Positions 30,450 through 45,469 of a stretch of DNA of 64,000 bases are shown here, in pieces. The DNA comes from an uncultured bacterium (GTDB lineage Bacteria; Krumholzibacteriota; Krumholzibacteriia; Krumholzibacteriales; Krumholzibacteriaceae): positions 96,001 through 160,000 of the forward strand of contig CAWFAD010000016.1 in assembly GCA_963813815.1 (NCBI GenBank). The letters are read 5' to 3'. Numbering within the stretch: the stretch's first letter is position 1; every line of letters begins with the position of its first letter. Both the position numbers and the translations under genes were made by a program. The notes beneath the pieces are model-generated. The model had not been told where the DNA came from. It did no database searches and saw only the letters and a list, made by a program, of their open reading frames with translations.

Positions 30450-33400
30450 ATGGTCATGAAGGGCATTTCGCTTGTGTTCTTCATGGTTATATCATGGTTT
30501 TCTCCGGTTCTCGGCCAGGAACAATTTCCTTCGTGGGTGCCATCGGAGGCGGTGCAAGCGGCGAAGGAAGGCTGGCTGCGACAAACCCAATTAAAGAGCG
30601 ATACTCGGTTATCCATCTCATACGGTATTTGCCGTGAGGATCTGTCCAGATCTCGACTTCAGGATCCAAGAAAGATTGTGAACATAGATTATGAGAGCTA
30701 CGAACCAGGTTCGGATATTCTCGCGATGTTCAGCGACACAGTAGGCAGATATCGGAATGGTTTCGGCTTTTCTGTCCATATAGACGGGAGGTGCGTGGGA
30801 ACTGTCATGGTTGCCATGCAGAATCATACATGGATGATTATCGAGATCTCTGGGGGTCGGCAATAGTGCGGTTGATGTTTTCTCCACAATCTACTCTCGA
30901 TATGCCCCGGCTGATGATTTAGTTATCTATTGGAAGCGCGATGGGGCCTTTTTCATTTCAAAAGAGTGCAGAATCATCAATGCATTCTATTGGGATGTTG
31001 CAACTAGGAGTTTCAAGGAGATTCCCCCCGAGGAATATATAATAATGGAGAAAGCGAGAACCATTGAATTCAAGAAATCCGGCTATTTTAGGCGTTGCCC
31101 GCAAATCGGCAAGGAACAGCCCGATAGTTTGCTGGAGCTCACCATACCATTGAGTGCGTCCCTCACTGCTGGCGAGATCGGATACGACATCGAAAGCGTC
31201 TGCGGGGACTGTTCCTGGAAAAGCAACCTCTGCTGGGCGGCATGCGCCGCCGGGGTTATGGGTGCCGATGGGGTGGGTGAACATCAATGCAGCATAGTTG
31301 AGGATGCAAATTTCCTGGAGTTGGGAGAGAATGGCTGTCGCTGCTGCAATGATACGTTTTACACGGACTATTACTGTAATTATATGAATTATTTGTACTC
31401 GTCAGTGGAAGTAAATGACGTCTATGATGTACTCAAATTCCATTCGATAGGTTCGAGACTCGTCTCCGGGGTCATGCCTGCTGATAGCGCACAAACGTTT
31501 ATCCGCGAAGAGAACCCATTCATCATCGGTTTCGCTTATGGGCATTTCGTTCTAGCTCATGGTTACACATATGATCCCATTTTTATGGCTCTCACGCTCC
31601 AATGCATGGACCCCGCTGATGCTACAATCTGGCGAGAAAAAGCTTATTCTGATTGGGTCGATGACGGTTGGTATGAATCGCTTGTTGCAAATATAGATGC
31701 GGGGGTTACCATTTTGAACGACCCAATATGTTATCTTGAATATTTCCACCCCATTCTTGAGTCTGATGGTGTCAGGCTGGAATGGAAGCCCCAAGCGCTG
31801 CAAAATACCGCCTCCTTCTTCCTTGAAAAACGCGACGTGGCAAGTAGGACTTTTCACCCGATAGGACACGTGCCCGCTAAAAACCATGATGATGCATCGG
31901 TGGAGTATTCCTTCCTGGACCCCGCCGGCCGTGCTGGCGATTTGTATCGAATCGTTGAAGTGGATCAAGCGGGGAAACGCGGCATTATCGAAGTTGCCGA
32001 AGTTAGCACGCGGGATAAAATCGCTTCCATTAATCGCGCTGGGCGGCAGCTGCCAGATGCTCCCATAACGCCTGCGAAGGATCAAACGGCAAGCAACGCA
32101 TTCAAGACCTCCCCGGTGCTTCTCAATGTGCAGGAGAGCATTATATACGATTGGCTTGTGGTGTATCCAGAGGAATATAGCTATGTGCTGTCGGAATTGG
32201 TTCAATGGCGTGCACAAACAGGGCATTCCCCCTATGCCATTAGCATTGAATCCATCACCGGTGATCCCTGGAATACAACGTTGAAGCAATTCATTAAGGA
32301 TTTTTGGCTCTGGCAGGGCAAGAGGTTGCAGTATGTGCTGCTAGTTGGCGATGGATCTATAGTGATCCCAATTGACATATACTATGATGGCCCTAGCGCT
32401 TTTCCAGATAAGCCTTACCCGCTGGGCCCCATTTATAAATCCGATATAGCGCTCGGAGACATCAACGATGATGGTTTCGCGGAGATTGCAGTTGGCAGAA
32501 TTCCCGCAAACACGATTGATGATGTACGAATATATATCCATAAGCTGATAGACTATGAAAGTTCTCCGGCCGATGCATGGGCAGATAGCATTTCATTATA
32601 TGTATATGCTGTAGACGCAAATTATTGTGATGGAGCGACAACTGATAGTCTCGCAGCATTATTGGCCTTGTCAGTTGCTGAGAATAAGAACGTCCATTAC
32701 AATTGCGTTACTAATGAAACCCTAGAACAGTATCCTGGGGATCTTCGATATAGCATATTTGAGCAAGAGATGAATTCTGGAAGATCCTTGATTCTGGGGT
32801 TCGCGACAAGTTCCGACGACTATAGATTTGTTGGCTGGGGCCCCACGATAGATTCGCTGCAGAACGATCATCCCCTTCCCTTCGAAATCGGGGCTTCATG
32901 TATGATAGGGGTGTTGCCGATAGTTTATGGGGGACGCCTGGGAGAGTATCTCTTTGCTCAATTGCATCGCGGAATTATTGGAGCCTTTGCTCCCTCGGCG
33001 GGAACATGGCAAAGCGGGAACTATGTGGCATCATATTATATGCTGCAATATTTGTACAATTGGGGCGCTCCATCAGCTGGATATGCTTGCCTGCATGCGC
33101 AAAGGCAGGTCATGGAGAGATTCCCCGAGCTTGCGTCAACGGCACGGTCATACAATTTCTTCGGTGATCCGGCATTGAAAATAGCCGGGAGTATTACGTG
33201 TAATCCCAATTATAGCGTGTCGATTCAATCTCCGAAGGCATCCAACTACGAGTATGAACAGCGCATGACGATAAAATGGAATTGTACAGGATGCCCTTGG
33301 AAGATCCATATCAAGATCGTTGAGGACTATTTTAGCGAGGCTATGATTGCTGATTTCAGCCAATATGAATCGCCGGATCTTGCTAGTGGATCGGTAACTT

Positions 33401-34323
33401 GGACCGTAAGGGGCATAAGCTCTGATTATGAGAATCACTTTTACAACATCAAGATTCTTGTGTGGGATCTTGCAAGCAGTTACCGGGAGGCTAGTTCTTC
33501 AACTTTTCGAATCGTGGAGGATCTGCCGAACACTAAGGACGATGGAATAATACCTATCGACCCGGTAGCGGCCGATGCCAGCGGATATTATTTGCCCGGC
33601 TTATCGGCGATGGGAGGCAAGCAGAATTTTTCGGCGGCAATGATTCTTCCCAACAACCTGATGCTCTCGGATGAGACGATTGCTTTATCCTTGAGAGGAC
33701 GTAAACGAGAAACAGTCAATTTTGATTCCATAGCGCTCTTTGCGATTGATGTAGCTTCCGATTGCACAGCGTTTCTAAAGGATTATAAGCTCTATGTCTC
33801 AAAGGATGGAAGAGAGTATGCAATCGATGATGCGGTTGCAGACTTTGGCATTGCTGGACTTGTGGAGATCGCGAAGGCCAAAGAAATGATGTCCTACAGC
33901 AATATCTCTCTGGCGCAGAACGATAGCATATTTCTGAATTTTAGGGTTGCGCCCAAGAAGGAATCGGCGAGGAGGTATCATCTTCTGAAGTACTGTGGCA
34001 AGATCCTCGCTGGGGAGGAATCAACCGAAAGTGAATTCCCAACTGAATTCTGCTTGTTGGATCCTCTCCCCAACCCGTTTAACCCATCAACGATCATCGA
34101 ATTTCAGTTACCTGTAAGAGCGCGAGTCTCAATAGATATATTCGACGTAAGGGGAGCCCATATCAAGAACTTATGCAATACCTCTGCGGACCGTGGAACG
34201 CATAGGATCAAATGGGATGGCTGCAATAAGACTGGGTATGCGGTCTCAAGTGGCATTTACTTTTGCAGGCTCACGATCAACAAGACGAAAACTCTGAATA
34301 AGAAAATCGTGCTCCTAAGATAA
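30450..34323 (+). CDS. Large secreted protein: papain/C39-like domain, C25 gingipain-like domain and FlgD-Ig/T9SS-type C-terminal domain; +1 indel in a G5 run at 30852-30856
   Basis: AAAGGAGG RBS and signal peptide at 30450. The frame shifted at the G run is open into the 31045 ORF. Motifs: SNLCWAAC, GHFVLAHG, MDP; YVLLVGD, IAVGRIP, NFFGDPAL; PNPFNP...SGIYF...KIVLLR. Confidence 0.8.
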
Positions 34324-34344
34324 TCATTCTGTAGGAGGTTCGGT

Positions 34345-34518
34345 ATGGGAGACGAAAACAAGAAGTGCTGGGGCGGGGCCAACGCGGGGGCGTGCGTGGG
34401 GCCGTTCTGGTTCGCGGCGTGGCTTTTCACGATCGCGTTTCTCAAGCTCTCGTTCTGGAAGGCCGTCCTCGCGCTCGTGATCTGGCCCTACTATATCGGC
34501 GCGTTTTTCCGGAAGTGA
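34345..34518 (+). CDS. Small (57 aa) Trp/Phe-rich membrane protein
   Basis: TAGGAGG RBS; MGDENKKCWGGANAGACVGPFWFAAWLFTIAFLKLSFWKAVLALVIWPYYIGAFFRK. Shorter than any ORF in the track. Confidence 0.8.
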   Translation: MGDENKKCWGGANAGACVGPFWFAAWLFTIAFLKLSFWKAVLALVIWPYYIGAFFRK

Positions 34519-34527
34519 AAAAGGAGC

Positions 34528-34558
34528 GCCGCCCGCCGGATGCGGCCGGCGGACGGCG
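34528..34558. terminator. GC-rich hairpin between convergent genes
   Basis: gccgcccgccgg-atgcgg-ccggcggacggc between the stops at 34518 and 34574. Confidence 0.5.
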
Positions 34559-34573
34559 TCCGCGCGGGCGGTA

Positions 34574-35605
34574 TTAGAACATCCCCTCCCGAATCTGATC
34601 TCTCGAGCGTTTCTTGCCGAGGCGGACGACCCTCGGCCGCCCGATCGGCTCATTCTCGATCACCGGCGTATCACCGGTATCCAAGATTTCCTCGCGCCCG
34701 AGCGCGATGACGCTTCGAAGCTGCTTCAGGATATCCGAACCCTCGAGCGCCTCCGCCCCCTCGTTGTAGTAATCGAACCACGGGAACCCGGCCGCGGTGT
34801 ACTCCTTCGCGGTCGGCGGCGTGGTTGGGGGCGCCTCATTCGTGATCGCTTGCCAGAGGAGCGAGTTCGCGATGTGAACGAAGCACCGGCTCGAGCACGA
34901 GCGATCCCAGTCCTCGAACTCGAACGGATCGTCGTAGATCTCCTGCCGCATGCGGCCGCCGGCGCCGAGACCCATATCGGTTGTCGACGCGCGGATGCTC
35001 ATTGCGTCCATAGGCAAGCCGAATCTATCCGGCCCCTTCGGGAAGAGCCGCTCGAACGCCTCGCGCTTCATCGGGTAGGCGATGATCTGGAGTCCGCCGA
35101 ACTCGCCCTTTCCCGTGATCTGCTCCTCGGCCGTGTACCCCTTGCCGAGAGGCATCGCGATGAACTGCCGGATGACCCCCTTCTCGACGCAGAAGCCGTC
35201 GAGCCACGGCTGCTCCGGAACGACGACGTAATCCTGCGGCACGCCGTGCAGCCCGTTCGACCACTCTTCGCCCGAGACGGCGTCGATCTTGCCCGCCGCG
35301 ATCTTGACGGCGAATGGATACGGCGCGCCGTGACCGCGGATGTGCGCCGAGTGGAAGTTGAGCCAGAGCGCCTCCGCCTGATGCATCGGGAGCATGACGC
35401 CGCCGTGGCGAAGCCAGTGCAGCGGCACGCCGGCCGCGAAGTCGTCGACGTGCTTCAAGGGAAACGCCCCGAGCCCCGGCGGCAGGAAGTGATCCCGCCC
35501 GTCGTCCGGGATCCGCAGCGTGCGCTCGAACTCGATCTCGAGCCGCGCCTCCGGATGCACCTCCGGGAAAGAGAAAACGAGCTTGTTCGACTTGAGCTCT
35601 ATCAT
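34574..35605 (-). CDS. Conserved hypothetical protein (RTLRIPDDG / QPWLDG / RQFIAMPLG family)
   Basis: GAGGAGG RBS; strongly patterned soluble 343-aa protein directly downstream of the XRE gene. Confidence 0.85.
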   Translation of the reverse strand: MIELKSNKLVFSFPEVHPEARLEIEFERTLRIPDDGRDHFLPPGLGAFPLKHVDDFAAGVPLHWLRHGGVMLPMHQAEALWLNFHSAHIRGHGAPYPFAVKIAAGKIDAVSGEEWSNGLHGVPQDYVVVPEQPWLDGFCVEKGVIRQFIAMPLGKGYTAEEQITGKGEFGGLQIIAYPMKREAFERLFPKGPDRFGLPMDAMSIRASTTDMGLGAGGRMRQEIYDDPFEFEDWDRSCSSRCFVHIANSLLWQAITNEAPPTTPPTAKEYTAAGFPWFDYYNEGAEALEGSDILKQLRSVIALGREEILDTGDTPVIENEPIGRPRVVRLGKKRSRDQIREGMF

Positions 35606-35622
35606 CGGTCCCCTCCTCTAAG

Positions 35623-35976
35623 CTACCACTTGCCGTCGCGCACTTCGCGAACGATGCGAAGCATCGCGTGATCCGGCATGTCCTTCATCTCGCGTATGAT
35701 TTGCGCGAAAAGCTGCGGACGCTGGAGAATCACCCGCTGAAGATCGCTCGAGACCTTGCCCGCAAGGGCGAGGAGCACGTCCGGGTCGTCTCCGAGCGCC
35801 TCCGCCAAGAGCTTGATCTTGGCCTCGGAGGGCGGCGCCTGCTCGCCGCGCTCGACCTTGCTGAGAAACGAGGGCTCGACCTCGATCCTCGCCGCAACCT
35901 TTCGAAGGGAGAATTCCGGGCTCGTCGCCCGCAGCTTCTCCCGCCGCTGCCTTATGTAATCTCCGAAATGTTTCAT
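35623..35976 (-). CDS. XRE-family helix-turn-helix transcriptional regulator
   Basis: MKHFGDYIRQRR...SLRKVAARIEVEPSFLSKVERGEQAPPSE...LLALAGKV is an HTH_3-type pattern. Confidence 0.9.
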   Translation of the reverse strand: MKHFGDYIRQRREKLRATSPEFSLRKVAARIEVEPSFLSKVERGEQAPPSEAKIKLLAEALGDDPDVLLALAGKVSSDLQRVILQRPQLFAQIIREMKDMPDHAMLRIVREVRDGKW

Positions 35977-36014
35977 AGTACGTGTATTATATACTACATA
36001 GTACACAGCGTCAA
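35974..36014 (-). promoter_or_regulatory. Near-consensus sigma70 promoter with overlapping operator-like repeats
   Basis: TTGACG(36014-36009)-N17-TATAAT(35991-35986), ATG 9 nt downstream, GTACTATG present twice, and a TACTA-TG-TAGTA inverted repeat in the spacer. Confidence 0.8.
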
Positions 36015-36138
36015 CCGGGTATTTTGTGGCGCCAGCTTAACTCTTTATTTATCAGTATGATAAATTTTTCGATTGCATGGGGGGAACGTGCGATTTAGCC
36101 TGTCTCAAGGGAGATTTTCAACGAGAAAGGAACGCGAA

Positions 36139-36852
36139 ATGCCCCCATTTCCAGCGAAGCTCATAGAGACGGCGGGTATCGAGATCTCGCCCGTCGGATT
36201 CTACGACGCGCCCGACCCGGCCGCGTTCGCGCCGCTCGTCGAGCCCAAGCCCGGCGCGCGCGTCTGCGTGTTCGCGTTCTACAAGAGCTGGCTCGAGGGG
36301 AAGACGCTCCGCGTCACGGAGAAAAACTTCGGCTGCGGCGGGGCGGGGCGGGCGTGGTGCGGCGTCGAGGGGAGGTCGCGCGAGGAGTTCATACGCTTCC
36401 TCGTCGACGAGGAGGGGCTCAAAGCGTCGCACGAGCTCATGAACCGCTGGATCGACTCGAGCCCTCCGTACCGCATGGAGCATGAGAACCTTTTCGCCGG
36501 GCCGCTTCGGGACGATCAGTACCGGCACCTCAAGACGGTGACCTTCTTCGTGACGCCCGATCAGCTCGGGCTCATGGCGCTCGGCGCTCAATATCACAGC
36601 GCTCCGGATGATCCGCCCCCCGTGATCGCGCCCTTTGGATCGGGGTGCGGGCAGATGATCGGGGTCTTCAAGGATCTCGGCGCTCCGCAGGCCGCGATCG
36701 GCTCGACCGACATCGCGATGCGGCAGTATCTGCCGCCCGATATCATCGCCTTCACCGTGACGAAGCCGATGTTCGAGCGGCTCGCCTCGCTCGACGACCG
36801 GAGCTTTCTCACGAAACCCTTCTGGAAACGCCTCATGAAGGCGCGCGCATGA
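36139..36852 (+). CDS. DUF169 domain protein
   Basis: AGAAAGGA RBS; spaced Cys motifs (CV..., GCGGA, GSGC) and DIAMRQYLPPD resemble DUF169. Confidence 0.7.
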   Translation: MPPFPAKLIETAGIEISPVGFYDAPDPAAFAPLVEPKPGARVCVFAFYKSWLEGKTLRVTEKNFGCGGAGRAWCGVEGRSREEFIRFLVDEEGLKASHELMNRWIDSSPPYRMEHENLFAGPLRDDQYRHLKTVTFFVTPDQLGLMALGAQYHSAPDDPPPVIAPFGSGCGQMIGVFKDLGAPQAAIGSTDIAMRQYLPPDIIAFTVTKPMFERLASLDDRSFLTKPFWKRLMKARA

Positions 36853-36887
36853 AAAAGCCCCCCGACGCGCGAGGCGGCGGGGGGCTT
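36852..36887 (-). terminator. Rho-independent terminator for ald (possibly bidirectional)
   Basis: aagccccccg...cggggggctt stem flanked by A5, which reads U5 on the minus strand. Confidence 0.7.
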
Positions 36888-36911
36888 CGCATTTCGTGAG
36901 AGCCCGTGGGC

Positions 36912-38030
36912 TTACCGCTTCGGCAGCACCTGCTCGAGCGGCGTGTATTTCAGCTTGAAGGCCCTCGCCACGGCCTCGTCGTTCACGGTGCCCTTCATCA
37001 TGTTGATGCCGGTCCAGATCGTGCGGTCGGCTCGCGCGGCTTTCGTGTATCCCATGTCCGCGATTTTCACCGCGTAGGGCAGCGTGGCGTTCGTGAGCGC
37101 TATGGTCGAGGTGCGGCACACGGCGCCCGGCATGTTCGCGACGCCGTAGTGCACGACGCCGTCGACGAAGTACACGGGATCGGTGTGGTACGTCGCGTGG
37201 ATCGTCTCGATGCAGCCGCCCTGATCGACGGCGACGTCCACGATCACGGAGCCCTTCCTCATGGTCTTGATCATCCGGCGCGTCACGAGGCGCGGGGCCT
37301 TGGCGCCCGGGATGAGGACGGCGCCGACGAGGAGGTCGGCCGTCGCGACCATGCGGCGGATGTTCGCCGGATTCGACATGAGGAGAGTGACGTTCGCCGG
37401 GAGAACGTCGCTCAGGTAGCGCAGCCGCTCGAGGTCGATGTCGAGGAGCGAGACCTTGGCGCCGAGGCCCGCGGCCATCTTGGCCGCGTGGGTGCCGACG
37501 ACCCCGCCGCCGAGGATCACGACGTGCGCGGGCTCCACACCCGGCACTCCGCCGAGGAGGACCCCCATGCCGCCCATCGGGCGTTCGAGGTACTTGGCGC
37601 CTTCCTGAATCGCCATGCGGCCCGCGACCTCGCTCATCGGCTGGAGGAGCGGGAGCCTGCCGTCGTGCACCATCGTCTCGTAGGCGATGGCGATCGCGCC
37701 GGACTTGAGCATTCCCGTCGTGAGGGGCTTGCTCGAGGCGAAGTGGAAATAGGTGAATACGATCTGATCCTTGCGGATCATCTTGATCTCGGGCGCCTGC
37801 GGCTCCTTGACCTTGATGATCATGTCGGCCTTGCGGAAGATCGCGCGCGCCGACGGAACGATCGTCGCGCCCGCCGCCCGGTAGTCGGAATCGGGGAAGC
37901 CGCTCCCGACGCCGGCGCCCTTTTCGACGAGCACCTTGTGCCCGTGCTTTCTCAGCATCTCGGCCCCGACGGGGAGCAGACTCACTCGGTACTCGGCCTT
38001 CTTGATCTCTTTCGGCACACCGATAATCAT
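36912..38030 (-). CDS. ald: Alanine dehydrogenase
   Basis: IGVPKEIK, KVKEP, FTYFHFA, PMSEVAGR, GGGVVG, DVAVDQGGC and VANMPGAV motifs. Confidence 0.97.
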   Translation of the reverse strand: MIIGVPKEIKKAEYRVSLLPVGAEMLRKHGHKVLVEKGAGVGSGFPDSDYRAAGATIVPSARAIFRKADMIIKVKEPQAPEIKMIRKDQIVFTYFHFASSKPLTTGMLKSGAIAIAYETMVHDGRLPLLQPMSEVAGRMAIQEGAKYLERPMGGMGVLLGGVPGVEPAHVVILGGGVVGTHAAKMAAGLGAKVSLLDIDLERLRYLSDVLPANVTLLMSNPANIRRMVATADLLVGAVLIPGAKAPRLVTRRMIKTMRKGSVIVDVAVDQGGCIETIHATYHTDPVYFVDGVVHYGVANMPGAVCRTSTIALTNATLPYAVKIADMGYTKAARADRTIWTGINMMKGTVNDEAVARAFKLKYTPLEQVLPKR

Positions 38031-38179
38031 CGTTTCACCTCTCGCCCGGAGTTGATTGTGGAAAAGCGCTCTCGAAATAACCGATGGCAGCACCTCGAAT
38101 TCAGGGAATAATATAGCCCAAAAAAGAGCCGCATCAAATCAATTTTACGCCAAATATTCAGGCATCTGGAAAAGCGGTC

Positions 38180-38208
38180 TTGACACCCGCGGGCGCTTTT
38201 CATATGAT
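38180..38208 (+). promoter_or_regulatory. sigma70 promoter for gdhA
   Basis: TTGACA-N17-TATGAT about 100 nt upstream of the AAAGGAGG RBS. Confidence 0.75.
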
Positions 38209-38285
38209 TTTCAAACCATTTTCGCTCGATTCGGCGTTGTTTTCGTACCATGGAATGGCGCCCGAAAGGGCGCTCGTCGTCTTGA

Positions 38286-39653
<1,368 letters not shown>

Positions 39654-39680
39654 GCGCTCCTCTCGATCGTCGAGCGATTC

Positions 39681-39712
39681 GGGCGGGCCCCCTTCCGGGG
39701 GCCCGCCTTTTT
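39681..39712 (+). terminator. Rho-independent terminator of gdhA
   Basis: gggcgggccccc-ttcc-gggggcccgcct followed by a T run. Confidence 0.85.
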
Positions 39713-39902
39713 ATCGCCCGGGGGCTTCCGCGAAAAATCGTCCTTCCGCCGATATTTTCGGTTGGAATATCCCTTGCCGCTTATTACTATGTGCATGGTT
39801 CAATCCGCGCAGTCGATCGGATGAGGCGCGTGTCCGAACTGCCTCGACAACAGAGCTTGGCGGCGTGAAAAGGCTCCCGCGGAGCGCGGGGAGGCGGCCG
39901 GT

Positions 39903-40833
39903 ATGTACGACATTTTCAGGGCGACTTCCGACGGGCTCGTCATCGTCACGGAGTTCGAGGAAGACTGCTGGGTGCGCGTCTCGAGTCCGACGAACGACGA
40001 GATCAACCTGCTGAGCGACAACTTCGGCGTGCCGCCGGCGTTCCTCACCGATCCCCTCGACATGGACGAGGGAGCGCGCATCGAGACCGAGGAAGCCGTC
40101 ACCCTCATCATCATCCGCATTCCATTTTTCGAAGGGGAGGACGTCGACATCCCCTACACGACGATCCCCCTCGGCATCATTCTCACCGACGATTACATCC
40201 TCACGGTGAGCGTTCGGCCGCTCCCGCATCTCCTCGATTTCGTGGACGGCAAGGTGAGGACCTTTTCGCACGAGTCGCGCGCGCGGTTCCTGCTCCAGAT
40301 ATTCTCGCGCACGGCGCTCCTCTATCTGCGGTACCTCAAGGACATCAACAAGCGCACGGATCAGATCGAGCGCGAGCTCCACAAGTCGCTCAAGAACGAG
40401 GAGCTCATCAAGCTCCTCAACCTCGAGAAGAGCCTCGTGTACTTCACGACCTCCGTCCGCTCGAACGAGATCATGATGGAGCGCCTCGACAAGACGGGGC
40501 TGCGCATGAGCGAGGACGACCGCGATCTGCTCGAGGACGTGATCATCGAGAACAAGCAGGCGATCGAGATGGCGAATATCTACAGCAACATCCTGAGCGG
40601 CATGATGGACGCCTTCGCCTCGGTCATCAACAACAACGTCAGCGTCGTGATGAAGTTCCTCACCTCCGTCACGATCATCTTCATGATCCCCACCTTCGTG
40701 TCGAGCACGTTCGGCATGAACGTGCCCGCTGCCGTTCCAGGACTCGCCGCACGCCTTCCTCATCGTGACGGGGATTTCGCTCATGCTCTCGCTCGGGGGG
40801 GTTTGGCTCTTCTGGAAGCGGAGATGGTTCTGA
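39903..40833 (+). CDS. corA: CorA family Mg/Co transporter, with an apparent +1 indel near 40727
   Basis: MDAFASVINNNVSVVMKFLT and FGMNV motifs. The second TM (LPFQDSPHAFLIVTGISL...WKRRWF*) lies in a shifted frame. Confidence 0.92.
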
Positions 40834-40867
40834 CGCGCGCGCGGAGCGGGTGACGGAGAAAGGCCCC

Positions 40868-45459
<4,592 letters not shown>

Positions 45460-45469
45460 CGACGCTCCG

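Noticed and set aside
30852..30856. Phase variation or programmed frameshift at the G5 run
   Set aside because: The run is short and similar indels hit housekeeping genes, so assembly error is more parsimonious.
34365..34577. 70-aa ORF from the ORF track
   Set aside because: It overlaps the better-supported 57-aa ORF (34345-34518), which has the RBS and a coherent membrane-protein sequence.
28702..36014. Prophage or integrative element (island plus XRE repressor)
   Set aside because: No integrase, structural phage genes, att-like repeats or tRNA target were found.
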